Below, piece after piece: positions 13,241 through 28,519 of a DNA stretch of 64,000 nucleotides. A model generated the notes under the pieces. The model saw only the letters and a program-made list of their open reading frames with translations. It searched no databases and had not been told where the DNA came from. The translations under genes were made by a program, and so were the position numbers. Location of the stretch: positions 26,846,001-26,910,000 of the forward strand of contig OX597814.1 of the NCBI GenBank assembly GCA_951406725.2, written 5' to 3'. Position 1 is the first letter of the stretch. Every line of letters begins with the position of its first letter. This DNA comes from Octopus vulgaris (lineage: Eukaryota).

Positions 13241-14891
13241 TAAAATAGAAATCTTTAAAATATTTATGGAAGCATTTATTTCTATTACCATCATCATCTT
13301 CATAAGCAATAGTATCATTTTTGTTGTTTGTTTGTTGTTGTTGTTGTTGTTGTCACCAGCATTACCATTATCCTCATTAGTGTTGTCATTTTCATTACTT
13401 TTAACATTATTGTTATCATCATCATCATTATTAGTATTACTTTTTTTTTGTTCCTAGTTTTTGGTTGTTGAATTTTACCTTTTTTCAATTGTTTTTTGTT
13501 ATTTTCTTGTTTTTGTTTCTTTTTTTTTTTTAATATATATATACATTGAATGATAGAGAAAGGATCTGCATAAGTTATTGACTATTGAGAGTGAGTTGAT
13601 GGTTTGAAGGTAGCACATGTATATCTGTAACTGTGTGTATATATGTTTGAGTGTGTGCATAGATATAGGTGTGTTTGAGTGTATGTAACTGTGTCAGCAT
13701 GTTTATGTGTGTGATTATTTGTGGGTGCATGTTTGTGTGTATGCATTTGTGTGTTTGAGTCTATGTATATTTTTGTATGCATGTGTACCTCTGGATTTGA
13801 GTGTGCTTGCATGAATATGTATGATTGTGTATGTCTGCCAATGAGTGTTTGAGTTTGTAGCTGTCAGTATGTTTGTGTGCATATGCATTTGTGTGTATGC
13901 ATTTGTATATATGCATGTGTATCTGTGTGTGTATGCATGCATATCTGTATGTATGTCTCTGTGTGTCTATGTGTGTATTCATGCAGACGACATAGTCTTG
14001 TGTTAAGGTGTTGTATGAGAGTTTCATGAGGTGGAGCTGGTGAAAGTGGAGACATCATGTGGTAGTAGTGGTACAATGATATAAGGAGAGGAGGAAGAAT
14101 CTACGTGTCTGTCATAGAGAAAGTAAGGAATCAATTATGAAATTGAAAGTAAAATCATAGCCAAAATATAAATATTTAAAATTACAAAAACTACTGCAAA
14201 ATAAATACTTTAAGAGAGAAAAACACACAAATATACACACAACCATATATGCACATGCATATAAAAGAAATTTATTTTTTCAATCTATACCTTTATCATG
14301 TATATCATCATCTACATCATATTCATCATCATCTACATACTCGAGAGCAATATAGATTCCACAACTAAATGATGTAGTTTATTGTTTTCCTTTTCTTGTT
14401 ATATATGTTTTCTTCCCTTTTATATTTTTCTTCTTTGCATTTGTTTGATGATGATGATGATGATGATTGCAAGGATAATGATCTTGATGATAATGATGTT
14501 GGTCATGAATGCCAAGATGATGATGGTGATGATAATGGCAACAGTGTAAACTGTAGTAAAAGAAGATAGCCTCTTTTCATCCTTATGTCTATTTGATGGT
14601 GCCATTTTCTTGTTGCCAATGTTCTTAGATGATTGACTAACAATCATGGTCTCATATAAAACCTGCAAACAGAAAATTGTCATAAAAGTAATTGCTCAAA
14701 ATTCTATGTCATCATCATAATTATCGTCATCATCATTGTCATGGTTGTAGTCATCACCATCATCATCATTGTCATTATTATTATTATTATCATCATCATC
14801 ATCATCATCATATTTTAACTTCTTTCATTTCTTATTTTTATGGAAGAAGAGTTTTTAAGTGAGCGAGATTCTATTTATTTAACATAGTGAG

Positions 14892-15047
<156 letters not shown>

Positions 15048-15995
15048 GTGTGTGTGTTTGTGTGCATATGTGTGCATATATATGTATGTGTGACCTCTAG
15101 CAACATCCATATTTGTACCTGCAATATTGATTTAAATTTCCATTTTCTGTATTCCAATTTGCAATGGCTTGCATTTTAAATGCTCTTATTGCTCTTATCT
15201 CTTTTCTTCTTACCATATATATATTTTGTATGCAAACAGACTCCTACCTGTGGGTGGGTAGATGCCTATACATATGCCTGTGTATTGTGGGTATTTGTGT
15301 GGATATATGAGTAAGGTTGTTTTTCTGATCATTTTTGTGTTTTTGCTTCTTTGAATTGAGTGCTTTTTATGCTCTCTTTAGCTCATTTTGTCGGTTTATA
15401 TCCTCCATCCCACCCTTACCACCACCATTAACAAAATGTTAGTTCCCATGTAAAGGCTGACCATGAAGACATATTTTTCAATGATATTTCCTAACTTTTT
15501 ACTGGCTTCTCTGTACATTTTGCTTCTGTGTTGTTTATGACACACAGAAGTTTGCATTCAGCAGATCAAGTTTTGCATATTATTTCATATTTCCCCGTAT
15601 TACTATAGTCACAATATATGTTTCTTATTATTCTACTACTAGTGGTTCATCACTACAGGCTTCATAAAATGTGACTGGAGAAGTTGTACATTGTTATTTA
15701 TTGTTACTAGCCAGTTTTGTAACTTGGAATGGCTTTTTATTGTTGAGTTGTTTGGATGGGTACTCTACAGTTACCTTAAAACTCTAGTGGATGGAATTAG
15801 CTATATGCTGGACCTTCCCCATGATGCTCTTTTCAAGTTCTTGGATATTGTTTTGCTTTAGCTATGGAGTTTATATTATCTACATATTGGAAGTACAAAA
15901 ATGATATAGCTATATATTCAGAATAATAAGCAAAATTAATTCAAAATTAAATGACCATTGCGAAAAACAAAAATATATATATTTGAATATGTATA

Positions 15996-16270
15996 TCATC
16001 ATCATCATCATCACTTAACATCCGCTGTCCATGCTGGCATTGGTTGGTTGGTTTGACAGGGCTGGCAAGCTGGGAGGCTGCAGACTCCAGTCTGTTTTGG
16101 CATGGTTTCAATGGCTGGATGCCTTTCCTAACACCAACCACTCTGAGAGTGTAATGGGTGCTTTTTATGTTCCACTGGTACAGGTGCCATTTGCATGACA
16201 CCGGTATCTGCAACGACTGTAGTTTTACTTGGCTTGATGGGTCTTCTTCTCAAACACGGCATAATGCCAA
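15996..16270 (-). mobile_element. Short element sharing the 3' tail of the RTE LINE
   Basis: (CAT)n tail then ccatgctggc...ggctggatgcctttcctaacaccaaccactctgagagtgt. The same tail terminates the RTE at about 44410. Related copies at about 26025, 34805, 40243, 51305 and 56980. Confidence 0.7.
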
Positions 16271-17187
16271 ATGGAATGGAAAATTGACTCAGTATAACAT
16301 ATAAATAAAATAACAACAACTTATCTTAGTCCAGTGGAACTCCACTATGTCAAAAAACATAAAAATAAGCATCCTTGCAGTGAAGTTAATAAGAATAAGA
16401 GAAAACAAATTGTGGTTGTGTCAACAGTCAAATATACTACCATTATGTACATGTACATATGGATGTTTATGTGTATTTCTGCATATGTATGAATTTATGT
16501 CTGTTGGTAAAAGAATTATTGTTGACATCATAAGAAATATATCGATGTAGAAATAAAAGCCAAAACATACAAAGGTCAAAATACTCAACATACAACGACC
16601 ACTACTAATGAATCGCTAAGCACTGGCTCATATGAGTAAGCAACAAATAAATACACACACACTAACATGCACACACTAATATGTGCATACAAACTACATG
16701 CATAAACTCTGATCACAAAGCACAGAAACGCACTCTGCACACCACTTTAATTAAAACAATAATCATATACACACAATTCAAACGTAAATGCTGAAGCAAA
16801 GACAAAATAACCAGTTTGTGAAACATGACATGCATATTAGTATGGAAAAGAGCAAATGCAGGCACAGCTTCAATAAGATCATAGGCTGTTATTAAAAAAA
16901 CTCTGATAAACCAAGTGATTGGCTGATCAAATAAGTGATCAAATTTTTTATTATTTAATTACTTAACTAGTTAACTGATAATAAAAGGAAACAAAATACA
17001 ACCAGTAGATGTTATCTCATGGGCAAAACTTGTCATATATGTGTGTGTGTGTGTGTATCATTGTCATCATCATCATCACTTAACGTCCACACACACACAA
17101 TATATCAATGAAGGAATAGAACTGTCATCATCAGTCTTAAACTTATTTTGGCCAGTGTATATATATAGTATAGTATAGTATATTATA

Positions 17188-17345
17188 GGCATAGCTGTAT
17201 GGTTAAAATGTTTGCTGGCCAACCAAGTGGTTTCAGGTTCAATCCCACTGCATAGCACCTGATTTAAGTATCTTCTGTTATAGCTTTGGGTTAACCAAAG
17301 CCTTGTGAGTTGATTTGATTGATGGAAACTAAGAAGATAGTTGTA
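17188..17345 (+). mobile_element. SINE family 1, 5' part
   Basis: ggttcaatcccactgcatagcacc...ccaaagccttgtgagt. Confidence 0.7.
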
Positions 17346-18038
17346 TACAAATATACATATGTGTGCGTGTGTGTGTTCTTATTTCCCTTCACTTATTGAG
17401 TAAGCAAAAGGGTTGTTCATCCAATGTTATTTCCAGTTCTTCATATAGCTATGTCCAAGCTACATGTTATTTGACAGAGTAATGAAGGTTGGTGTCAGGA
17501 AGGGCATCTAGTCATAGAAAACTCTGCAAACATAGACAAATCAACTCTAAAAGGATAATGATGATGATGATGACGACAACGACGACGACCCCAGCAAGTT
17601 TGTAATCATTTCATATAAAACAATTTGTATTTCATGGGGTGGTCCCCTTCGGCAAATAATGAATCATCATCATCATCATCACCATTACCATCATCTCCAC
17701 CATCACCACCACCATCACCACCACCACCACCGTCATCATCATCATCATTATTATTAATGTTGTTCGTGTTAGGTCATAATTAAGATAAGTACCAGATGTG
17801 CCCTAAGGGCCAATTCAATTAACTATACCCCACTCTGCAATATATTAGTGTGTTTTATGCCAAAGTAAGAAACCATTTTTATTTATTCACAACTTATATG
17901 TTTTCTCACTTTCTCTCTCTATCGCTCTCTATTTCTCTCTCTCAGCATTGCTTCGGAGGCCATGTTCTTAATTAACTAATCATTATTTGAAGCACATAAT
18001 GCAAATGAATGACATATGTTAAGTGAATAAATACTGCA

Positions 18039-18075
<37 letters not shown>

Positions 18076-18571
18076 TGAGATGGGGCAGTCAGGTCATTGG
18101 TATGATGATGAAAACTTAAGCTAAAGATCAAGAAAGTTAAGCCTCACACATGAATTGATGCACAAGATGAGGACATGGAAATATTTCTGTCATTTGAATA
18201 TATCATGCAGTCTATGTCAGCATGAGAAATTAGGTTTGTGGGAGTGGGGTCAAATGTCAAGCTGGTAATATTTCTGGTGATGAAGGTAGTGAGAATGATT
18301 CACACTGGGATATTTCACACCAATAAAGCAAATTATTCAACCATTTCAATTTTACTGAAGACCAACAGCTGACAAAAGAATAAAGCCAAAAAAGGGAATT
18401 GTCTCCAACCATTTTTTGGAACATGTCAGAAGTGTGAAGATCTTTCATTTTGTTTTATCAAATATCTTCGTTTTACATCCTGGGAAAGTGTCTTCTATAC
18501 ACCAAGGTCAATCAAATCCTTCTTAGTGGATTTGGCACATGGAAACTAAACAAAACCTAACATGTTTGTTT

Positions 18572-18660
18572 GTATGTATGTATGTATGTATGTATGTATG
18601 TATGTATGTATGTATGTATGTATGTATGTATGTATGTATGTATGTATGTATGTATGTATG
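18572..18660. repeat. (TATG)n microsatellite
   Basis: About 22 units. Source of the MYVC-repeat ORFs. Confidence 0.95.
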
Positions 18661-19196
18661 CATGCATGCATGCATGTTTGCATGCATGTACACATACATG
18701 CATGTGTGTGTGCATGTTCATGTCTGCTTGTCTTGACATTGAGCACTTGTAAACAAATACCACCATCAAAGATGCTGCAACCTTTTGTGAAACCATGTTC
18801 AGCCATTGGGATGTTCATGTTTGAAGAAGTAAGGGAAATATTAACTTACTTTGAAATAGGTGAGGGTTGGCAACAAAAAGGGCATCCGGTCAAAGAAAAT
18901 CTGCCTCAACAAATCTCAGCAAACCCATGCAAGCTTGGAAAATGAATGTTGAAACAATGACAGACAGCTAATGAGGAAGTCTCTGTCTGGTCACTGAGTG
19001 TGCCATAAATAGAAACCAAATATCCCTAAAATATCCCTACTACTTTAACAAACACAAATTATACTTTAGATAATGTAATTTAGACACTCTTTTGATCATA
19101 AGTCCTCTCAGTTATGGTTGATCCAGGGCAAAATGATAGCAACACATTGATCTATTGATCTATTGATCTATCTATCTATCTGTCTATCTGTCTGTC

Positions 19197-19232
<36 letters not shown>

Positions 19233-20191
19233 CAGAGAGAGAGAGACAGACAGACAAATGTATATGTGTGTCTGCGTGCACACACACACACACACACATA
19301 TATATATAAACATAACCATTCTAGTACAGGCATGCACAAATTGTCATTAGCTTTAATGAATTAAGTTTTCTTAGTAACTGAACAATTCTAAGGCTGGAGA
19401 TGAAAGAACAAAGTGAAGAAAGCTTGCTAGCTAATTGGCTGCTCTTCTCTGTCTTGGAAATACATCAGCCTATTGTCAGATTAGTTCTGTTTCTCTTTCA
19501 CACATTTTATGTTGGTCTCAGGTCATTTTTGATTAACTTTTATTCCAATATTTTCTCCAAAAGGGAAGGGACAGATCAGTAGGAACTCACAAAAAAGAAT
19601 GTATTTCAAATTAGGTTGACAGTCTTCTTCATTTCAAGCTCCCTTGATATGCTTTTCTTTCACTTCAACTTCATGTAAAGATGTAGTCTTTATTCTTTGT
19701 TCTTTAAATTGGCTTTTCTTGTTAATAATATTCCACATGTTCATTTTCTTCTTTATTTCTTCTTTTAAATCTTTTTCTATAAACCCCAGTTTCCTTTTTT
19801 CCTCACCTCACTCTCTTTCTCCCTCTCATGCACATTCAAATGTGTATTGTTTTCTTACTGCTGACATTTCTCTCCTATTTTGTTTATCTCTTTGGTTTGC
19901 CTTTTCGGTTTTACACTTACACACGTGCACACACATGTGCACACACACACGCTCACAAACACAACATATTCACACATACACATGCACTCTCTCTCTCTCT
20001 CTCTCTTCACATTCTCTCCTGTTTTCTTTTTATCCCATAATCCTTGCTCTCCCCATTTCAATCATTATTCCTCTCATTCATGTTTTTCAGTTTGTTTTAC
20101 TTTTCACTTCTTTCACTCTCTCTTACTCTTTACTCTCACTCTGTCTCTGGACATATATGGATATATATATGTATGTGTATGTGCGTGCGTG

Positions 20192-20235
<44 letters not shown>

Positions 20236-20612
20236 CCCACACACACACACAAAAAAACATGTTCCAAGGATTTTTTTTCAAGTTTTTTTACTGTGTTTGC
20301 ATCATCACTAACATTAATCCTCACACCCACACAATGTATTCTCTGAATCTGACAATTCTGTCCACTTTCTAACCATTGTCTTCAACACAATAGAGCCTTG
20401 AGGCTTTGCTAGAACAGTTCTTTTGCTCAATATTAACCCCAATGCTGTATCAACAATAATGGCACTATATAATTATATGTACATATATGTATGCGTGTGT
20501 GTGTACATGTTTTCTGGTCACAGGATATATGCAAAGAAGGAGCCAATTTTTTCAGCATTAAATGAATGAGTGGATTAGCAACAACAATAACAGCAGCAAT
20601 AATAATAATAAC

Positions 20613-20646
<34 letters not shown>

Positions 20647-20898
20647 TTAATAATAATAATAATAATTATTATTTTAATTTTAATTTTTAAAAATTACAGA
20701 AAATAAGATGAGTTAACAGAAAATAAACTAAAAGTAAATATGGGTGAAGCCAATGATTGGATGATTACATCTGATAAATAAGAATCCATATTTGTGAAAA
20801 ACAGGGAATGATTGTTAGGAATCGAAGGGTATGGAAAAGAGGTTTAGCACTAAAGTACTTTGTCAGCAAGAATGAGGTAGTAGTGATGGTGGTGGCGA

Positions 20899-20929
<31 letters not shown>

Positions 20930-21929
20930 AGTCGTGGCAGCAGCAGCAGCAGCTGGTGCAGTTACTGTATTATTTCTGAAGCTTGGCTCTGGCTGGCAGG
21001 ACATGTAACACAAAAACAACTAGCTAAAAACACTTGAAGACAATAGAACGAATAAAGCAAAACAAAAACGTGTAGACATTTCAAGGGAGTCATTTTAATC
21101 ATTCTGTTCTTACTCTCTTACATTAACAACTTATTTTTTTCTTGCTAGCATAGCTTTGAATAGAGAGTTATTTGAGGTAATATTTTATGGATGCTGTTCC
21201 TGGTACCAACCCTTACCTTTTTTGCACATATGAGATTTCTTTATTTCAAAAGTCTTCAGAAATGCAGAGTAACTGGTTATAATCTTAAGAAGGAATATTA
21301 ACATCAGCATCACTTTACTACGCTCAAGTAGTAACAGCATGCAATTGAAATAAACACACACATGCATATATATATATATATATATATATATAGTCCAACC
21401 CATGCTGGCATGGAAAATGAACATTAAATGAAAAATGAATATACATATAAATATATATACATACACACGTGCATACGCATGTGCACACACACACATATAC
21501 ACTGATATATATAGTAATAATAATAATTGATTAAGTAGCCAGAAGATGGATTTGGTATTAGTCTTTATTTTGTACAATGATCATTTCGACCCATCCTGTG
21601 GCTGTCCCATATGGATGGGATTCTGTGCACCATGTGTTGCATCCATTTTGCAGTCTTGGTCACATCAGGTAAATCCATACATGAAGTGGTCTCTCAGCTA
21701 ACACTGCAGAATTCCAGAAGTAGATCCAACAGAAATATACCCCAACTGTGGATGACATCATGTAGCCAAACCATGCCTGTGCTCTACTCAACACATTAAC
21801 ACACTAATCAACATATACCCATTAGTCCAAAATATTACATATATATATATATATATATTCTTTATTCTTTCACTGGTTTCATCTAGAGACTGGGGCCATG
21901 CTGGAGCACCACCTTTCAGTGTTTTGGGG

Positions 21930-22745
21930 TCACCTTTTGGAACTGTTTTTGGTGAAGAAGCATGTTGGATGAAGCTGCTCTTCTTTGTGCCTCTTGCCAT
22001 GATGTGGGCTCATCTAGGTGCTTTTTGAACATTTCTACATCTACCCCTTGGAGATCTCTTAAGTTCCTTCACAGGATGTTAGACAGTTTTGATCCCTTGA
22101 AACTCAAGCTTTTGCAATACTGGGTCCCTATCTGACATGAAGAAGATAGCTTTGTGGTAATATGTAGTGCCATCCTGTTCAGTGGTTAGTATAGTTTTTA
22201 ATTCTGAAGTTGGGAGCTAGACCTCCAGGATCTTCTATATGTATATCTCTTGAGGGAGTAGAGTTCTTGTAATCTCTCCCAGTAGCTCATCTGTTTCACC
22301 AAGTCAATCTCCTTTGTGTAGTGGCGCTGGATTGCCTCAAGTTCTGCAACCAATTTGATGTTCAATGGCTATCACAGTTGGGAGCATTAATCCAGATGAC
22401 TGAGGATGCTTGAAACTGTCACTACAAACAATAGTGGTCCCAGTACAGTTCCCTGAGGAACTCTGCTGTGGATTGGTGTCTCCCCAGATAGAACACTATT
22501 GACTGCAACTGCCTGACTTCTGTCCTTTAAAAGGTTGTGCAGCCACTCTCCCAATTTTCCAGTGGTACCAAGGTCATGTTGTTTGTGACATATCATCCCT
22601 TGATCAACTCTGACAAAGGCCTTGGCAAAGTCAAGATATATCACATCCACATTTAAGTAGTTGAGCTGCTGTTTCAGTATCCAATTATAATGCTGTAGTA
22701 GTTATGTGAGGCAGCTCCTCCCTAGGCAGAAACCCATGGGTGTGC
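21930..22745 (-). mobile_element. 5'-truncated CR1/L2-like LINE (reverse transcriptase pseudogene)
   Basis: DVIYLDFAKAF...VPQGTVLGPLLF RT motifs, then LSHLD*CSQL and ELEAIQRHYTK...MSYWERL. Stops and an internal deletion are present. Confidence 0.85.
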
Positions 22746-25700
22746 TTTTGTGTTTTATATATTTATATATATAAAACAGACTTTCTGCAGTTTTTGTCTA
22801 TCAAATTCCCTCATATGACATTGGTTTACTCAAAACCTGTAATACTTTTATGCAGAGCACACATATACCTTATAGCAGTTTAGAAACTGTTGAAAACTAC
22901 AGTATTTTCTAATCCAGAGAAAGAGCTAGCATAACCTTTAGAAGGCAGTTTTAACTAGAATATAAAACAGATCTATGTATTTTGTAAGTTTGTACACCAG
23001 ATACCTACATCTATTTCACCAGTTTATATTAAATATGTGTTTAAAATGTAATGCCAAGTTACTTTAATGGTCAAGTATAGCATTCTGAACTGTGTTTAGA
23101 TTATGATAAATAGAATCCACATTCTTGCAGATTCCAGTAGATTAAATCAGCTATACTAAAATCCTAAGAAATTGCATCAGCTTTATTAAGTTCCTGCCTA
23201 CTAGAAAAATTGTGTAAGAGAGTTTCCAGAATTGTTCAAATTCTTGGTTGAGGTTAGTAGAAATATGCTGTAAGGAAATTTCTCCAATTATTCAAACTAA
23301 TTCCAGTAAATTCAGAAATTACTTATGTGATTTTATATTGTTGGTTCTTTTTCTTTTTGGATGGGGAATTTTTAAAACCCATTATTTTCTGCTGGAATTG
23401 ACTGTGGCAAACAGCAAAATTTCCCATCTGTATATGTTATTGGAACAGTTTTCATTTATCATGGTTAAATGCCTTTTTGAATGCTAACACATTCTATTAT
23501 AATGAGGGTTTGGTACTTGTTTTTGCAAGTAATTTCATTGCTCTTTTCAGTTTGATTATTTGAAAGAATAAACATGTCATTATATTGATATAATTCTTTT
23601 ATGGTTGCCAAAACATGCAGAATGGTATTGTTGAAAATACCCTATAAAGGAAAAGAAGCAAAATAAGTGCAAATGCATTTTATCTTATTTTTCTTTTTCT
23701 TTTTTCTTTTTTTTTGCTTGAAGGGAAACTCTCTTATAACTAATAAAAGAAATGAAATAAGTTTGATTTTGTATTAATTCATATATAATGTGTTTTCAAA
23801 ACCATGGTATATGTAGTTTTAGATAGAAATGAGAAAAACACAGCACTCTATTTGTGAGGGTTATTTGTGTTTGCATTGTGTTAAAACACATCTTAAAGAA
23901 TAACACCAACAAATATAAATTAAAAATACCACCCACACATCACTATCAATCTACACAACCTGCTCAACTATGAATATGTCACCTACTCACTGTGATAATC
24001 ACTGTTAACTGCTAATCACTGTTACAATGTGCATTCTCCCTTCCATACCTGATCTTACCACCAACTGAATGATATTTGCAATGAAAAAATAAAAGATTTC
24101 AATGAAAATTTCAAGGAACAAATAACAATGGCAACAGAATGAACTATTCTTGTAATGTTTTGTTTTCAAGGCAAGCTTTTATAAGTCTGTTACAAAGGTT
24201 CATTGAAAAGAATCTGCCAAACTAGGACTACAAAAATACAGTCAATATGGCAGCTGATTTCCTAAGTCTGTCTCAGTGGTAAAAATAATCATTTCAAAGT
24301 CAAACAGTATACAATTGTTAATAAAGAACTCAAAAATTCCCTGATCTCTTATCAATGGTTCCATGGTGCTTGCCATCGCAGTCTTACAATTGGTTCTTGT
24401 CTTATTACATTGATTCTGTCACCCAGCTTCAACACCTATAACAAATTAATTCCCAAGTTAAATATAAATAAATGCATACACACTACTAAGATCTGTTAAA
24501 TTATTTAACAAAGAGACAACATGGAATCTATTCTTCCATCTAAAAAAATTCTTGCATGATAAAATCTATTAAACACCTATTTACACTGAATTTTACTTTT
24601 TTTCTTTTCTGTTCTGTAATTTGCAATGAAACTTTACAGAAAAGAATTCTTCATTATTTGTTCAGTAAATCTAATTATTTCATGCCTAATGCAAATTAAC
24701 TTATTTCAATCACTATTATCTTTCCTTTACTTCTGAAATCGCGACATCATGGCATTTATTTCGCCAAATTCTTTAACACATTGCTCTATTTCTTTTATTT
24801 TTTATAGAAAATCCATTCTTTTGTTTTACTTTTCCACTTCCAAGCTTCACACCAAACATCATATTACTGTTTAACTATCTTATTTACCCAATACTCATGT
24901 GTTTTTCCATACAAATACAGGAGTTATCGGTTAACTTTCACTGTACTTTATAATCATGTCAGATTTCTATCCCTTACAAATCTTTAATAAGTAACTTTTT
25001 CTTTGAGATCCTTTTTTTATTGTCTTCTTGGGCAAGCAACTTTTCATTGCTTGTTATTTTGCATGTAAACTGATATGTATAGAAACAACTTCACAGTCAC
25101 AGTAGCAAATAGAAAAAAGGCAAGTAGCCCATCACAGAAAGTGTATTGTATTTTTAGGAGAAATTAGTTACTTTTAAATGGCTTACTTCCTCTTATAAGT
25201 AAATATATATCATGTCCATAAGGAAATACATGCTGCTTAACTGATAAATTTTATTAGTTTGCAGTGCAAAGTCCAAATAATATTTCCATGAATAAAATGT
25301 GCTATATATGGGTAAGGATTAGCTGTTTTGTATCATAAGAACATGTATGACCAGTAATTTTATCTTTTTCATTGATCACCTCCATCAATGAAGGTAATCT
25401 GTGGAAAGAATGACTAGAAGTCTCCAAGAACACTTCTGCCAAAAAAAAAAACAAAAAGAAAATAAAAAAGCCAAGTTGGAGCTAGTAACATAATGAACAA
25501 AAAAATGTTAAATAAACTCAAATTACATCTGTCGTGAGAAGAAAAGTGTCATTAGCTTAATTCTTAAATTCAGTCAAGAACAAGGGAGACAACTCCAGAA
25601 ACTAAATTAATAAAAAAAATTGAATAAGTGCAAGGAGTAGGAATATAAGCCTGATCTTTGCTAAATATGGTGACAACTCTAAGTAAGTTTCTCTTTTGTT

Positions 25701-26874
25701 AGGCCTCCACAGAGAAGCATAATCTTACCTGCATATTGTCAACAAACTAGAATTAAAGATCTAGTTTAAATTAGGATACATAAACAGCACACACTCTAAT
25801 ATACATACTCTATCTTCACCACTATTGTATTAATACCCACAACTACTACCGAATGAAGCCAATGTATGACCCTCAATATGATCACCCAACCTGCTCAACT
25901 AATACTACTCAACTGACACTTGTTCTGAAGCATATACATATTGAGTTCTAACACCATGTTATCAGTATCACTATGCCTAAGAGAAATATATGTGTGTGTG
26001 TATACATACATGGAAGTCATCATCATTGTTTTAATGTCCACTTTTCTATGCTTGCAAGGGTCAGATGGAATTTGTTGAGACAGATTTTCTATGGACAGAT
26101 GTCCTTCCTGATATTGGCTCTCACCAGTTCTCAATAAAGGTAATATTTCTCCGTAGCCAGCCATACTTTTCAAGGAAGATAAACAAGGATACAGATATGT
26201 ACACATGTACACACACACACACCTCACACAATGGGCTTCTTGTAGTTTCCTTCACAAAGTTTGGGTTGGCCTAGTAAAAGACACTTGCCTAAGGTGCCAT
26301 CCTTTGCAGCTTCTTTCTTACAAGAATGATGAACTAGGGACCAAACAAAATACAGTGAGGTCAATGTAATGCCTATGTATTTTCCCTTTCAAAAAAATGT
26401 TGCAGCCTTGTTACAAAATGTGTATGATAGAATGAACAAAAAATGATTTAGTTGAATTTCACAAAGTGATTATATGCCAATAATTTTTCACTGGGTCTTG
26501 AAAAAAAAATTATCAAGACATTAATTTTATAAATCCAACAAGAGATATTGTTCTAAGATCAAATTTGCTTTATCAAATAATACATGAGAGTTTAAATAAA
26601 TTCATATGAGTGAGTGTATGTGCATGTATGTCACTGTTTGCATAATAATAATAACAACAATAACAACATTAGTAATAATATCCTTGTGTCACTTTCAATA
26701 TATTTCTATTCATATCAACACAGAAACATTAGCTATATCAATATAGTTTTGTTAAATCTATAGAAACGTGGACACTAATTGCAGAAAAGGGACATTAACA
26801 AATGTTTGTATTCATTAGAATGTAAAAAAACAACTGGAAAGATTACATTCAAAGTCTAGATTGTGTGTGTGTGT

Positions 26875-26906
<32 letters not shown>

Positions 26907-27584
26907 GTGTGTGCATGTGTGTGTGCATGCATGTGTGTGCATGCATGTGTGTGCAGGCATGCATGTGTGTATACACATGTGCACGTGACTACACATGTAC
27001 ACATGTATGCATTTATTTCATAAAACATCAGGAATGGAATTTAAAGCAGGAATCTACTAAAGTGCTCTGTTAGCTGAATTTAGAATGAAATACATACAAT
27101 ATATACTAACTAGATTACAGAGGTCCATATACTAAGTAATCATATATTATGCTAGGACACAACTATGTTTCTCAAAACTGATGGTATTCATATATTAAAA
27201 TCATCATTAATTAGGAATATATAAAACAAATTTCTATCTACACAGATTATATACACTCACAATGACAAAACCATATGCCAAAATTTGGTAGGATCTTTGC
27301 AGGATTCAAATTATATGTATGCATAGAATATCTATTGCAGACTGTATCAACATATACAGCTATCAGTAAAGCATCATAAATTCACCTTAGAGTGTTATAA
27401 TTTAATATATAGACAAACTAAAATGTTAAAAAACAAGGAATATATATTAAAATAGAATCAGCGTAAATTCAAATTTGTCTTATTTTAAGCTCATGAAGTT
27501 TATGAATGCAATCAGTTTCCAGAAACACAAATGTGTCCTGGTATATATTTTAATATTTATGCTTTTATTTAATCCAATTAGCCT

Positions 27585-27945
27585 ATGAAGTTTGCTTCCC
27601 AACTACACAGTTCTGGGTTCAGTTCTACTATGTAGCACCTTGGGCAAGTGTCTTCTACTATCCCATCAGGCCTACCAAAGTCTTATAAGTGAATTTGGTA
27701 GATGGAAACTGAAAGAACCTGCTGTGTGTGTGTGTGTGTGTGTGTTCACCCCACCACTGCTTGACAAACAGTATCAGTTTATTTATGCCCCCATAACTTA
27801 GCAATCTGACAAAAAGAGATTGATAGAAAAAATGCCAGGTTTAAAAAATTCGTATTGGGGTTGATTTGTTCAACTAAACCCTTCAAGGCAATACCCAAGC
27901 ATGACCACAGTGCAATGACTGAAACGAGTAAAAGATAAAAAATAA
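27585..27945 (+). mobile_element. SINE family 1 copy
   Basis: tttgcttcccaactacac...ccttgggcaagtgtcttctacta...atgactgaaacgagtaaaag. Confidence 0.8.
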
Positions 27946-28519
27946 AGATATATATAAAGATCATGGATAGTTAGTCCACATTATTCTTTGAGGAGCATAG
28001 GGCTAGTTTCCCTGTTTCTCAAGTATATATATATATATATATATATTCCTCCCTCAACAGAACGCCAGTCCATGGCAGAATTTCTCATTTTTACTAGCTG
28101 TGTGGACTGGTGCAGTGTGAAATGAAATTGTTTCTTTTTTCTCAAGAACACAATGTGTCATCTAGTCCAGGAATTGAAACCACAATCTTATCATCATGAG
28201 TTCAACATCCTAACCACTAAGTCATGTGTCACTCATAGTAGATACAAATCTAGATGAAGCTAATTTCTTAGATATAATGCTAAATTTAAGTACTCATAAA
28301 TATTACCTGTACAGTAAACCTAATAGAAAATGCAGTATATTAATATAAATTTAAAATATTTTCAATAATCTTAAAATAATCTTAAAAATCCAAATAAGCA
28401 ATAGTAAATGCATATCCAACTAATCATCTGATGTAGAATCATTTAATGACTCAATTAGTATTACAGTTACACATTAAAAGACTAACTTCAAACAGAATAC
28501 ATTACATACAGAATATCAC

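Noticed and set aside
18539-18945. MYVC / IHTY repeat ORFs
   Set aside because: Translations of (TATG)n.
19644-20372. Longest ORF in the track (242 aa)
   Set aside because: Built from CT, CA and TA microsatellites and T-rich low-complexity sequence, with no domain signature.
22860-23560. Coding-like composition on the minus strand (also about 1990-2270 and 45640-46140)
   Set aside because: All frames are interrupted and no motif was recognised. Possibly old transposon debris, unassignable without a search.
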